NCBI GenBank assembly: GCA_964016885.1
Contig: OZ024741.1
Span: forward strand, 410,192,001 to 410,256,000
Direction: 5' to 3'
From: Eledone cirrhosa
Lineage: Eukaryota
DNA length: 64,000 nucleotides
Under the pieces are notes generated by a model, which made no database searches, was not told the origin of the DNA, and was given only the letters and a program-made list of their open reading frames with translations. Position 1 is the stretch's first letter, and every line of letters begins with the position of its first letter. The position numbers and the translations under genes are program-made. Shown in pieces: positions 1 through 15,146 of the stretch.

Positions 1-536
1 TATGTGTATGTATGTACGTGTGTATATACGTATGATTGTGTGTATGTATGTATGTATATGTGTGTATGGCTATGTATGTGTATGTGTATGTGTATGCATA
101 TATATATATATATTTATATTTATATTTCTATATATATGTATATATATGTGTGTGGTTGTATATATGTATGTGTATGTATGGATATGTTGATATTATGTGT
201 GTATGTATGTATGTGTATGTATGTGTATGTATATATATACACATATATATGTGCGTGTGTGTGTGTATATGTGTGTGTATGTATATATATATATATGTGT
301 GTATGTATATAATTGTGTGTGTGTGTGTGTGTGTGTTTGCATGTGTGTTTTTATTTTATTTTTCCTTTCCTTCTTCCTTCTCCAGCCTCACTTTCATATA
401 GATTGCATTTTTGTTTTTAGAATCCAATTGTCAATAAATACACCAGGATTTTTTCATTCTGATGATTGAAAGCAAAATTTTTTGCTTTTAAGAAACCACT
501 GGTAAATGGAATAATTGCCTTATGTTGTTTATTACA

Positions 537-540
<4 letters not shown>
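1..540 (+). mobile_element. PLE family E 3' tail/pLTR copy (runs off the left edge of the window)
   Basis: Aligns with ~31215-31771 (+) and ~27830-28445 (-), including the compound TA/TG tract, the HHR and the end ...TTATTACATAAC followed by (TA)n. Confidence 0.85.
452..511 (+). ncRNA. Type I hammerhead ribozyme, family E
   Basis: TTTCATT-CTGATGA-[TTGAAAGCAAA..TTTGCTTTTAA]-GAAA-CC.ACT.GG-TA-AATGGAA; helices I, II and III all pair. Confidence 0.85.
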
Positions 541-611
<71 letters not shown>

Positions 612-614
612 GAA

Positions 615-2170
<1,556 letters not shown>

Positions 2171-2227
2171 TAATATTTTAACACCTTAACATGCTAACCA
2201 TACCCCCCCCCACACACACACATAACA

Positions 2228-2715
2228 CCCTTTGTTTGCATTTGGGGAAGAGGATGGAATTCCTAACTACACCTTTCCTACATACTGAGCAAGGCCATTT
2301 CCCTAAGGGGATCTGGGTTCTGCTTTCTCGTCTACTTACAAGAACCTTAGTCTTTGTCAGGTTGACTTTGAGACCCTTTCTTTCTAGTCCCTGCTTCCAT
2401 GTTTGGAATTTCTTCTCTAGTTCTACCAGAGATTCAGCTATAAGTGTGAGATCATCCGCATACAAAAGTTCCCATGGGCATCCAGTCTTAAACTCCTCTG
2501 TTATTGCTTGCAATACTATAATGAACAAGAGAGGGGTAAGAACAGGACCCTGGTGGACACCAACCCGTATACTAAATTCCTCGCTATATTCATTGCTAAT
2601 CCTAACTTTGCTGACTGCTCCCCTACACATGGCTTGTACTGCCTTCACAAGCCATTCATCTACTCCTAGTTTTCTAAGAGCCCACCAGGTTATAGCACGA
2701 GGCACTCTGTCAAAT
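2228..2715 (-). pseudogene. RTE-clade LINE reverse transcriptase fragment
   Basis: ORF 2178-2705 contains GVHQGPVLTPLLF, ELLYADDL, GLKVNLTKTK and CSVC. Confidence 0.85.
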
Positions 2716-2823
2716 GCCAGGTATATATAGGGAATGTGACGTCCAGTTACTATAGGTTCACCAGAGTGTGTAGTTTCCTGTCGGTATAGAGGTGTAGAAT
2801 CAGAGTGTAATAATAATAAAAAG

Positions 2824-2957
2824 GACGATTTGTTATGTCTTCATTACATTTATTGAGTAATGACATGTGTTTCGCTATTGATCAGATCGAACCGTGAGCT
2901 GATCAATAACGAAACACGACACCATTCAATAAAGTAATGAAGGCATAACATATCGTC
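2824..2957. repeat. Fold-back remnant of a PLE-type tail containing the 3' half of an HHR
   Basis: Imperfect ~60-bp inverted arms around a 13-nt loop; minus strand reads GAAACACATGTC..AATAAA. Confidence 0.6.
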
Positions 2958-2970
2958 ATATATATATATA

Positions 2971-3186
2971 TATGTATACAGACGTACAGTAGTATGTATA
3001 TACATACATGCACACATATATATGTACGTATGGGTTTACCGAACATTTATTATAATGCTCGGTTTGTTTGTAAACCGAGCATTATAATAAATGTTCGGTA
3101 AACCCATACGTACATATATATATATATATATATATGTGCATGCATGTATGTATGTATATACATGCTACTGTACGTCTGTATACATA
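2971..3186. repeat. Near-perfect palindrome in microsatellite context
   Basis: GTACGTATGGGTTTACCGAACATTTATTATAATGCTCGGTTT is mirrored around ~3067, and the outer arms also mirror. Confidence 0.9.
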
Positions 3187-3261
3187 TATGTATGTACGTA
3201 TACATACTTATATTTAAGTATCAGCCGTACTAAGAGTGAAAAATAAAATTTCATTTTTTCC

Positions 3262-3330
<69 letters not shown>

Positions 3331-3362
3331 TACACGGGTGTGTATGATTGTGTATAGAAGAT

Positions 3363-3612
3363 TATATTAATAAAAGGAATTCCAACTTTGTCTGATTTAC
3401 TCGTTCAAGTTTTCAATTTTCAACTGTTGAAAATTGCAAACTTGACTGTCACCACAGAATATGAACCTGAAGATTGCGAAAGCATGAAAGTACTTGTTCA
3501 ATTAACACTTAACATTTAATATTCTACCATACTATTTCATTCTAATTCCATTATAAATTTTAAAGGATTGTAAATAAAACGAGAAAATCAGACAAAGTTG
3601 GAATTCCTTTTA

Positions 3613-3620
<8 letters not shown>
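3363..3620 (+). mobile_element. ~260-bp HHR-bearing mini-element with ~36-bp inverted ends
   Basis: TATTAATAAAAGGAATTCCAACTTTGTCTGATTT at the left end and its reverse complement at the right end; (TA)n flank. Confidence 0.7.
3462..3500 (+). ncRNA. Minimal type I hammerhead ribozyme
   Basis: TGAAC-CTGAAGA-T.TGC.GAAA.GCA.T-GAAA-GTAC-TT-GTTCA; GNRA-capped helix II and palindromic helix III. Confidence 0.8.
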
Positions 3621-3649
<29 letters not shown>

Positions 3650-3691
3650 AGAATCTCATCTATATATATATATATGTATATATAGAAAAAT

Positions 3692-6089
3692 AATAACCAC
3701 ATCCAATTCACAATGGAATACAGCATCAATAACCACATCCAATTCACAATGGAATACAGCCAAGATCAACTCCCATTTCTGGACATCTTAATCTTAAAAA
3801 AAGACACAAATATCGAAACTGACATACACTACAAACCAACAGATTCCAAACAATATCTGCTATTCACCTCCAACCATCCAAAGCACACGAAGACGAACAT
3901 TCCTTTTAACCTAGCAAGAAGAATTTGCACAATTGTCTCCAATTATGAAACGCGAAATAAAAGACTTCAAGAATTAAAGGAAATTCTACTCGAGAGAGAG
4001 AGTACCCACTATTACTAATAAATAATGGAATAGAAAGGGCTAAAGCAATAGGCATTGATGAATTACGGAAACAGAAACAAATTCAAGGTACGACCAATAT
4101 TCTATCATATATCTCAACACACAACCCAAGAAATGCGGAAGCTTACAACACTATTCACAATAACATCCCACTACTAAAACAAAACCCAAGAATGAAAAAA
4201 GCCCTTGAAACACACAAAATAATCAAAAGCAAAAGACAACCAAAATCACTGAAAACATTACTCACCAATGCCAAATTACCTACTACAAACCCACAACCAA
4301 GAATCAAAAAATGTGGTCGCTCTAATTGTGGAACCTGCACTCACCTCATTGAAGGCAACACGTATACATTTAAATCAGGACAAAATTTTACTGTAAAAAA
4401 TCACTTCACTTGCTCATCAAAAAATCTAATTTATGCCATTAAATGTAAAGGATGCAATGAAGATTATATAGGACAAACTAAACTCACACTCAGAAACAGA
4501 ATGACAGTTCATCGCCAACAATTACGAGATCCAACCACGAGACAGATACCACTAAGTGCACATCTAGACATTTGCGCAAGTAATAAGACACCCAAATTCC
4601 AAGTCTTCCCATTTTACCTTTGCGCTAACAATACAACAGAACAAATGCGAATAAATAAGGAAAATATGTTTATTCAAAAATATAGACCAACATTAAATAT
4701 GGTTTAATATACATTATGTCAACACCATAATATGACATACACACACACACATAACACCTTCTACTTTAGAAAATAAAAACACGAACTAAATAAACGTTAA
4801 CATACGTTTGCACTGACAATACAACAGCAAATACGAATAAGTAAGGAAAATATGTTCATTCAAAAATATTCCTACTAAAGGAATCACTTTCCTACACACA
4901 TATATATACACACACACAATATATATATTCTCTCCATCTTAACATACTCGCACACACACACATAACACCCATATACACACACACACAACTCCCTCCCCCA
5001 TTTCTACTAATAGAATCATCTTCCAATACACACATACACACACACACATACACAAGCACACAAGCACACAAATAAACATACATATCTTCACTTCAATAGA
5101 AAATCTGAACTCTGACACCCCAGCGAACTAACCATATTCACTGAACCAGAACAATTCTCCCAATCCCATTTCTCTTGACCACTATCTTTCCATTGTCATA
5201 ACATTCGCTATAAAGGCTACAGAATACAGTTTTCCAAATAAGGGCGCAAAAATGTAATGAAAACTTGTTCACGTGACAGCCAAATTTCATTTATAACCAA
5301 TCAAATCACGTTTATTAAAAATAAGCCTTCGTGAGCCACCTTTTTTTAAAGTAAAGAGATTCAAATACACACACACACAACACACACACATACACACGCA
5401 CACACACAAGCACACACATAAACATACATATCTTTACTTTCTTTATTCAATAGAAAATCTGAATTCTGACACCCCAGCGAACTAACCATATTCACTGAAC
5501 CAGAACAATTCTCCCATCCCTTTCTCTTGACCATTATCTTTCACTTATCAAAAAATTCTCTAAAAAGGCTACAGAATGGATTTCCAAATAAGGGCACAAA
5601 AATTTAATGAAAACTTGTTCACGTGACAGCCATAATTTCATTTATAACCAACCCCAAAAAAGCCTTCGTGAGCCTCCTTTTTTCAAGTAAAAAGAAATTC
5701 AAACACTCATATATGAAAAAACAACCTGTGACAAACCCCCCTCTTATTTGAAGAACTATTGTAACGCGAACTGGCGCGAAATTTATTATAATTATTGACA
5801 AACCAATCAAATTACTTCTCGAAAAACCTGGCATTTCGAGCCACTTTTTCCATATAAAACAAGTAACATTCAGAGACCAACCAGATGTGAGAAAAACCAC
5901 AGACCCTCCATCTCAACTCACCTTTGAAAAGCAGAAGAACTGCGAAACCGGTAAAGGAACCAAATAAATATATATATTTTTTTAAAAAATAAGACTCCAG
6001 TTGCATTTTCGATTTCATCTCTTTTTCTTTATACTTTCACTCGTGTAGGACACCTCGGTTATTTTTCATTTTGTAAAAAAAAACCTCAC

Positions 6090-6095
<6 letters not shown>
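3692..6095 (+). mobile_element. 5'-truncated PLE family A (Neptune-like): RT thumb, GIY-YIG and 1.4-kb 3' UTR/pLTR
   Basis: ORF 3713-4018 (LPFLDIL, HYKPTDSKQYL, SNHPKH) and ORF 4192-4707 (CGRSNCGTC, NLIYAIKC..YIGQT); near-identical to 17421-18510. Confidence 0.92.
5921..5957 (+). ncRNA. Hammerhead motif, U3-A8 variant (one T missing relative to the 15109 copy)
   Basis: CCT-TTGAAAA-GCAG.AAGAA.CTGC-GAAA-CCGG-TA-AAGG. Confidence 0.65.
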
Positions 6096-6139
<44 letters not shown>

Positions 6140-6276
6140 GTTATATAGTAAGGTGTATTATTGGTTGTGTCATACGGTCCAATAAACTTTTGTTACCAAT
6201 ATTAAGTTCTCCACGCTTTTGTATATCTCCAATTCCATTCGAGGGAACAGCTAGATGATGTAAAACGGAGTATTTG

Positions 6277-7292
<1,016 letters not shown>

Positions 7293-7384
7293 GTATGTAA
7301 AAGGTTAACAGAAATAACAACACAATCAGTACAGTGTATAGAAGGTATATATTAGGTTAACGCTTGATATAGCAGGAAGAGGGA

Positions 7385-7418
7385 CTTAACGTTTCGGACG
7401 CTAGTCCTTCATCAGAAG
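7385..7418 (-). ncRNA. Minimal hammerhead motif in a decayed PLE tail (~7330-8350)
   Basis: Minus strand CTT-CTGATGA-A.GGAC.TAGC.GTCC-GAAA-CG-TT-AAG; degenerate opposite-strand copy near 8195-8230. Confidence 0.7.
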
Positions 7419-8505
7419 AAAGAATGAGAAATAAGATAGATTGAGGGGACGGGCGGTATGGAATTGGAAAAAAAATCTATAGAGAAAAATAAGAGGTCGA
7501 CAACTATGATGTGTGTAACATGTTGACAAATTTCTGCTCACTCTCTCTGGGTTTATTATACAACAGTGTGTCATCATTTATACTAACATTAAAGACCCCC
7601 CCCCCCACCACCACCACATCTCATTCCTCCTTCTCTGTCTTCTCCTCACTCCTCCCTCTTGCCATGTTATCTATACCTCCACCTTCCTTTGCTCCTAGTT
7701 TCCTCCTCCCTCTTTCACCTCCTCTACCTCCCCGCCCTTCCTGTTCTACTATCACCTTTGACCTCTTTCAATCTCCACCCTAACCCAATCTTATCTAGTG
7801 GAATCTCACATAACTCCTTCTGCTGTCATTAAAGTCTGTCTCTTCCTTTCTAAATCATGGTATTGTTCCCCACCCCTGCAAGTCCCGAGGGGGTCGCAGC
7901 TGTATTGACAGCCTGGTGGAGCCCATCTTCTCTCCAGGTTTCAATACAGAAGATTTCTTCCAGAGAAATGAGAAAGAGATGTAGAGGAAGAATCAACCCC
8001 AGTAGTTGACCGGTACTTTTTGTTATTGACCTCTAATGGATGACATTTGAACTGAAGGAGCACCAAAATAAATAGCACAAAGCATTCTATCCAATGTTCT
8101 AACAGACTCTGCTGCCAATTCACTGACACTTTCTAAATTATACTCACAACAGTTTCTCGCTTTTAACCTTTCTCTCCCTTTATATAAACACACTCTTTCC
8201 AATGAAAGACCAACACACGAAACGTTAAAGGTACCCTTATCTTTCGTTGTGCTGTGTTTTCTCAGCTATTGCCCTTTGCTGATAATTTTCACTGTTCCTC
8301 ACCTTGCATCACATACATGCCGTGCTTATGAGGTCCGGGAACTTGATGATCAAGTGATCACACACACATACACACACACGCACACACACTCACATGCACA
8401 CATACACACACACTCACACACACATACATGATTGACATATATAATAGTATATATACACATAATACATACACATATAATACGTACATAATAGATATCTATA
8501 CACAC

Positions 8506-8543
<38 letters not shown>

Positions 8544-8713
8544 CATTATCTCTCTCTCCCTCTCTCTCTTTCTCTCTCTGTCTCTCACTCTCTCTCTCTC
8601 TCTCTCTCTACAGATTCATGTATACATATAATTATGAACACATGCATACATAGACACACACACACACATACATACATTCATAGATACATACATATATATA
8701 TATATACATATAG

Positions 8714-8754
<41 letters not shown>

Positions 8755-9558
8755 CATACATATAGACATTCGTACACACATACATACATACATATATACA
8801 TACATACATACATACATACATATAACTAGTTAGGAAACTACAAGTACAATCCATTAATGGAACAGTAAAATTATGTAAAATATTCCAAAAATTCTGTATC
8901 TAATAACTGCATATACACATGTACAGATACAAAGCATATACACATGCACACATACAACTCAAAACATACACATCTACACATACAATAACATCCATATCTA
9001 CACATGCAGACATACATACATATCTACCTAGTTGATGTTGTGTAAATTCCACTGAGAGAGTCTTGTGTCTATGTTAGAAACCGACTCTCTCTCTATTGGT
9101 AAAACTTTGTGAAATTATAAAACCAGAAGAACATACATACATACATACATACATACATACATACATACATACATACATACATACATACATACATACATAC
9201 ATACACACACAGAATCAGAGTGTACATATATATCAGAGTGTATGTATATATAATTCAATGTGAGCAGACGTTAAAATATAAGAACAGAGAAAGTTTAAGT
9301 GGTATAACATTGTGAGGTTTTTTACCAGTAGAAGAATCGCAGGAATAAGACGAGGGCTAATCCAAATAATAGAAGAGAGAGTCCATACATTGTCCGGTGA
9401 TTTATTGAGATGTGGTGGTGTTGTGGTGGTGTGGTGGTGTGTCAAAATAATGTTATGTGTATTTGTGAGGAGGAAAAATGATGAAAAAAACTTTTACGTA
9501 AATTGTGTCACGTGATAATTACAGCATCTAGCAGCTGTTTTTAACATAATAGAAAACT

Positions 9559-9629
<71 letters not shown>

Positions 9630-9724
9630 CCGCACATACACACACACATATATTAAACTTGATAGCTTATCTTCTTCGCCTGGTTCTCTTATCTATGGCG
9701 GTTATATATATTTTTTTACAGTGT

Positions 9725-10110
9725 AAAGACGCCAGGCTTTGTGACTGTCGGTGTTTGTTTCACATTTATAAGGTTGAAAGTTCGATTCCTGGGCGATACA
9801 TTAGTTTGTTTCACGTTTGTACGGCTGAGAGTTCAATTCCCCGGACATACGTTGGTGGGTTTGTCTCACGTTCGCAAGGCTGACAGTTCAATTCCCCGGA
9901 TATACGTTACTGGGTTAGGGTGTTTGTCTCACGTTCGCAAGGCTGAGAGTTCAATTCCCCGGACATACGTTTCTGGGCTAGGGTGTTTGTCTCACGTTCG
10001 TAAGGCTGAGAGTTCAATTCCCGGGGGTGATTTCTTTTCTTGTGCAAGACATTTTATTTCATATTCCTCCAGTCGTGTACCTGTAATTCACAGTGGGACT
10101 GAATCTCCCT
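9725..10110 (+). mobile_element. SINE with a tandemly amplified tRNA-like head (about five ~50-62-bp units)
   Basis: Repeated GTTTGTCTCACGTTCGCAAGGCTGAGAGTTCAATTCCCCGG, each unit with a B-box-like GTTCAATTCC. Confidence 0.6.
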
Positions 10111-10348
10111 GAGAATTACATTAAAGCTATTCTTGTCAATGGAATATTCTGTCAAGAGCCAGACTTGTCACGTGGTTCTGGGTATATATATGTGTGTGTG
10201 TGTGTGTGTAATCCAGAATAATTTTTACAAAGTTAGAAAGGGGGAGATTCCTAGTAGAATAAACTAAAATATTTTAGATTGCTGTAATAGGAATCTACAT
10301 ATCACTAACTTTGTAAAACTTATCTCTCTATATATATGAGTGTATAAT

Positions 10349-10411
<63 letters not shown>

Positions 10412-10413
<2 letters not shown>

Positions 10414-11872
10414 TTGGGGAGGGTCATATTGTTGTAGTAATATTGCCAGAATTAATAACAGAACACACTCACTGTTTGGTTGGTTTTCGCTTCTGTATCT
10501 TTTATATCAGTTAATTTATTCGGTCCTCAATGTTTACCATTGACTGACCAACGGTCAACAATACAGATATAATATAGACACAAACACATATATATAGTCT
10601 AACAAAGTTCTTTCGTTGCACATCTGCAACATCATCAGCGGTACTATTATGTTCCTCTTGTTGTATTGTATGTCTACGCCATTTTTATTTTATCTGTTTA
10701 TTTATTTATTTATTTTTGTCTTCTTCTCTGCGCATGCGTTTGCGTGTGTGTATAGTGTTTGGTGTGTGTTCGCGTTTGGGTGACTGTGTTTTGGTTATTG
10801 TATTATATCTTAGTTTACTAGTGTGTGTTTATATGTGTTTGTTGTTATTGTGCTTGTGTATTTATTTATTTATTTATTTATATTTCTCTTAAGTCAGTAT
10901 AAAATCCCTGACCAGCAAAATATACCCTTTTAAGAAAACCCACTGTACTAATAGGAAATGTGTTATATGTAAAGTAAACCCCCAGATAAACTGTAAAACT
11001 AGAAATGTAGTCTATAGCACAAGATGTACAGAGGGTACTTGCAGAAACATGACAACAACATACATAGGCGAGACAGCTCGTAGCATAGGTGAAAGGATAG
11101 ACCAACACTGGGGGGAACTAAAAGGACGAAAAACCGGTTCAGTACTATACGAACACGCCAGACAACAACATGACGGTAACATAGACAACATAGAAATTGA
11201 AATAATATCTAAACATAGATATGACCCAGCAGATAGGCAAATCAGAGAAGCGAGCGAAATAGAACTTAGAAGGCCAAAGCTAAACAGAAAAAATAAATGG
11301 AATAACAACACCCAAACAAACAAACAATACTGACTTACGAGAAATATAAATAAATAAATAAATAAATTCACAAGCACAATAACAACAAACACATATAAAC
11401 ACACACTAGTAAACTAAGATAGAATACAATAACCAAAACACAGTCACCCAAACGCGAACACACACAAAACACTATACACACACGCAAACGCATGCGCAGA
11501 GAAGAAGACAAAAATAAATAAATAAATAAACAGATAAAATAAAAGTGGCGTAGACATACAATACAACGGGAGGAAACATAATAGCACCACTGATGATGTT
11601 CCACATGTGCAACGAAAGAACTTTGTTAGACTATATATGTGTTTATATCTATATTATATCTGTATTTTTTACCGTTGGTCAGTCAATGGTAAACATTGAG
11701 GACCGAATAAATTAACTGTGGAGATATAAAATACACAGAAGCGAAAACCAACCAAACAGTGAGTGCGTTCTGTTATTAATTCTGGCAATATTACTACAAC
11801 AATATGACCCTCCCCAAGTATAACAATATTTGTTTCGACACACGATTTCATATCAAAAACTTCGCAAAACAA
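10412..11872 (+). mobile_element. 5'-truncated PLE family D copy with inverted tail (~10412-10890)
   Basis: ORF 11049-11333 (TYIGETARSIGERIDQH..RQIREA) matches the C-terminus of 25220-26848; ~10412-10890 is the reverse complement of ~11335-11820; microsatellites on both sides. Confidence 0.9.
11588..11625 (+). ncRNA. Hammerhead motif, family D (copies at ~10603-10640 - and 23768-23805 -)
   Basis: CA-CTGAYGA-T.GTTGCA.GATG.TGCAAC-GAAA-GAAC-TT-TG in the best copies; helix I is only ~2 bp. Confidence 0.6.
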
Positions 11873-11990
<118 letters not shown>

Positions 11991-12418
11991 AGTGCTAAGA
12001 CAGGGAAGACCACTAATCATAGGAGTACTCAATGCATGGGGAGATGCAGAGTTGCTACAGAGATATACTTCTTTTTCTTTTTCTTGTTCTTCTTCTAAGG
12101 TCTCCTGTCGTTTGGTTTTGTCCGTAAAATCTGTCCAGAGATTCTTTCCTGAGACATTCTAACCACATGTCCATAGTATCGGAGCTGTGATCTCTCAATT
12201 CTGAAAAGTAGCAGCCCTACCTGGAGTTATATAAATAATTTTTCAGAAACATCAATATATATATATATATAAGATAAAAATACTTGAGTGCATTATAGTT
12301 AAACACACTCGTCGTATTAGAGAAATGACAGTATAAGATATAGCTCAATGTTATCAAACAGAGCCGAAAAATTATATAAAATTAACAAAGAAGCCTTTAA
12401 TACATTAAAAATCTTTAT

Positions 12419-12463
12419 TTGCTGACAATGTTTCGTCCCATTAATTAGGACTCATCAGAGCAA
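12419..12463 (-). ncRNA. Type I hammerhead ribozyme with canonical core
   Basis: Minus strand TTGCT-CTGATGA-GTCC.TAATTAATG.GGAC-GAAA-CATTG-TC-AGCAA, followed by ATAAA. Confidence 0.9.
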
Positions 12464-13130
12464 GGAAAAAGACAAGAAATATCATCGGCTAGAACAAGCC
12501 AAAATTCAGAAGAATAGCGAATGGATATTTAGGAAAATTTAGGAAAATTATCATGGAAAGACATGTTAAACCTAATAGGGTGCATTTGTAAATAAAAACT
12601 ATAGGGCAAGAGAGCAAGCAAACATTAAACAAACCTACTTTAAAAGTACAATATAAGTCTAATACTTGAAATACAACATAGTAATATAATGCGAGAAATA
12701 AGATATAAAAATTATATAATATACAATACAATACATAATACAGAAATAAAATTTAATATATAAATATATCTACACGCACTCCGACACATATATATACACA
12801 CACATATACACATTTACACATACACATATTAACACAAATATATAAATATAAGCATTATAATAGAATAATCACCCTGACGATGTAATTAAACAACTTGTTG
12901 AACCTGTGTCAATGAAAATTTTTATCGACACCAGTTCAACAAGTTGGTCATCAATGACCAACGAAACGTACGTACCTGGTATGGTACCATTCTACTAACT
13001 AACCTGAAGAATTATATTGAAATTCACCCTTCGGACTTGAGTTGCTCTGTGAACTTCATTTTATATCTTCAATGAAGATATAACATGAAGTTCACAGGAA
13101 GATATGTCACTATCTTTACACCAATTATTA

Positions 13131-13191
13131 TATTTTATCTGACGAAAGCGTACTAAAATATTAGTACCCTTGAAATACGTATAATAAAATA
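13131..13191 (+). ncRNA. Type I hammerhead ribozyme
   Basis: TATTTTAT-CTGACGA-AAG.C.GTACTAA.AATA.TTAGTAC.C.CTT-GAAA-TACGTA-TA-ATAAAATA; 8-bp helix I and palindromic helix III. Confidence 0.88.
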
Positions 13192-13282
13192 AATATAGTT
13201 TTATAATGGAGCAGATTGAGAAACGATATATTGATGGAGCAACAATACCTTGAAGAATTATATATATTTATATATATATATA

Positions 13283-13482
13283 ACAAAGAGGGTGTGGCAA
13301 GATACCAAGTGGACCATAACGCACCAGAGTACTCGATACTTGGGGTAGTAGAGTGGGTAATAAGAAAAGATTCAGGCCCCCGAAAGCTGAGCTCAGGCTG
13401 TTTCGACAGCAAGATCCGAACAGTTCGGATCTAGCTGTCGAAACAGCCTGAGCTCAGCCGTCGGGGTCCTGAATCTTTTCCT
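13283..13482 (-). mobile_element. Fold-back mini-insertion of the PLE family B tail
   Basis: Homologous to ~21545-21670; hairpin centred at ~13422; (TA)n on both sides. Confidence 0.8.
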
Positions 13483-13623
13483 ATATATAGAAAAACAATG
13501 TTGCCTCTGATTGAGATGAAGCAAGAGTGTATTTCAATACATATATAAATGAGAAAACTCGTCACTAGAACAGTCGTTAAAACAGCTAAATGCTGCCAAA
13601 GACAGTGAAGGGCAAAAATGCCT

Positions 13624-13775
13624 GAGGACAGAGACCAGCAGCCAGTGGTCAACAGAGAGACATATGAAATATAATGTCTCAGAGGAGAGAGACCAGTGGC
13701 CAGTGGTCAACAGAGAGACATATGAAATATAATGTCTCAGAGGAGAGAGACCAGTGGCCAGTGGTCAACAGAGAC
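13624..13775. repeat. 58-bp tandem repeat, ~2.6 copies
   Basis: GAGGAGAGAGACCAGTGGCCAGTGGTCAACAGAGAGACATATGAAATATAATGTCTCA starting at 13624, 13682 and 13740. Confidence 0.9.
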
Positions 13776-13901
13776 ACAACCTTCAAGGTGGGTGACAGGC
13801 AGATGAAATATAGAAAAGATTGAAAGAGGAGAAGGAGTCCACTGGCACACAAAAGTGAAGGAAATAAAGATACATGGGAGAATAACAAATGAAAACAATA
13901 A

Positions 13902-14080
13902 TAATTGTTTCTACTTAAGGCCAGCAATTACTCAGTGCATTACTGGTACTTTATTTTATCGACCCCGTAAGGATGAAAGGCAAAGTCAACCTCGGCGAGA
14001 TTTGAACTCAGATCGTAAAGGGACGTAACTATGCTGAAAAGCATGGCGTTCGACCCTCTACCGATACTGCCAATCCACCG
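13902..14080 (-). mobile_element. tRNA-derived SINE
   Basis: Same family as 1006-1378. Confidence 0.85.
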
Positions 14081-14167
14081 AATAATAATAAGATTATATA
14101 TACATACATATATCTATGTATATACATATATGTATATATATGAATATATATATATATGTATATATTC

Positions 14168-14612
14168 TAGGGCGGGTAAAATTCCCGAGATCCATGGACG
14201 AGTTCTCTCCAGCGGTCTCTGTCCCTCATTATCGCTGCCATGTCCTGCGTCTCCAACAGACCAGTGTCTGTCCTTCGGGCATCAACATAAGTTAACGTTG
14301 GTCTTCCTCTTCCAGTGTGTCCATGTAGGGGCTCCCAAAGGAGCACGGAGTGCAATGTAAACTCTGGATGTCGGTGAGCATGTCCAGCTAACCTCAGTCT
14401 CCTCTGTGTCACTTTTGAACTGACTTTTGGAGGCTCCCATACAGCTCTGAGTTTTTCATCCTCAGTGTATACTGATTAATGTTCAGAGCCATCCTCAGCA
14501 TTCTCGTGTAGCACCCATCCACCATCTGAGTGAGTTTCTTGGTCAATGTCCAAGTCTCAGACCCGTACAGCAGCACAGACTCCACTACAGCAATGAAGAG
14601 GCGGAATTTCAG
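14168..14612 (-). pseudogene. RTE-like LINE 3' fragment
   Basis: Minus-strand translations [16 protein letters not shown] and RRLRLAGHAHRHPE..LLWEP..GRGRP. Confidence 0.75.
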
Positions 14613-14641
14613 GTCTTTACATATATATATGTATATATATG

Positions 14642-14724
<83 letters not shown>

Positions 14725-14732
<8 letters not shown>

Positions 14733-14914
14733 TAAAATAACAGATTAAAGTTTAAGCAAAGAATCGGTGCTTTCACCCTTAACGGGATCTTCTTTGCTTA
14801 AATTTTAATCTGTTATTTTAATAAATATTTGCTCTACGGTTCTTATATATTTGATATATATTTATACTTATCGAGCCCTCTTTGGATTTAAGTCTTCACA
14901 TTTATTATTATTAC

Positions 14915-14915
<1 letters not shown>
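14725..14915. mobile_element. Short fold-back PLE-type tail with a truncated HHR
   Basis: ~39-bp inverted arms; the loop on the minus strand reads GAAGA-TCCC.GTTAA.GGGT-GAAA; the arm sequence recurs at 60421-60450. Confidence 0.55.
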
Positions 14916-14977
<62 letters not shown>

Positions 14978-15108
14978 GTGAGGTTTTTTTTACAAAATGA
15001 AAAATAACTGAGGTGTCCTATACGAGTGAAAGTATAAAGAAAAAGAGATGAAATCGAAAATGCAACTGGAGTCTTATTTAAAAAAAATATATATATATTT
15101 ATTTGGTT

Positions 15109-15146
15109 CCTTTACCGGTTTCGCAGTTCTTCTGCTTTTCAAAAGG
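15109..15146 (-). ncRNA. Type I hammerhead, U3-A8 covariant core
   Basis: Minus strand CCTT-TTGAAAA-GCAG.AAGAA.CTGC-GAAA-CCGG-TA-AAGG. Confidence 0.8.

Noticed and set aside
5744-5790. Second hammerhead in the family A tail (TTGAAGA..GCG.AACTGG.CGC-GAAA)
   Set aside because: U3-G8 core, weak helix II base and AT-only helices; plausible but not supportable by eye
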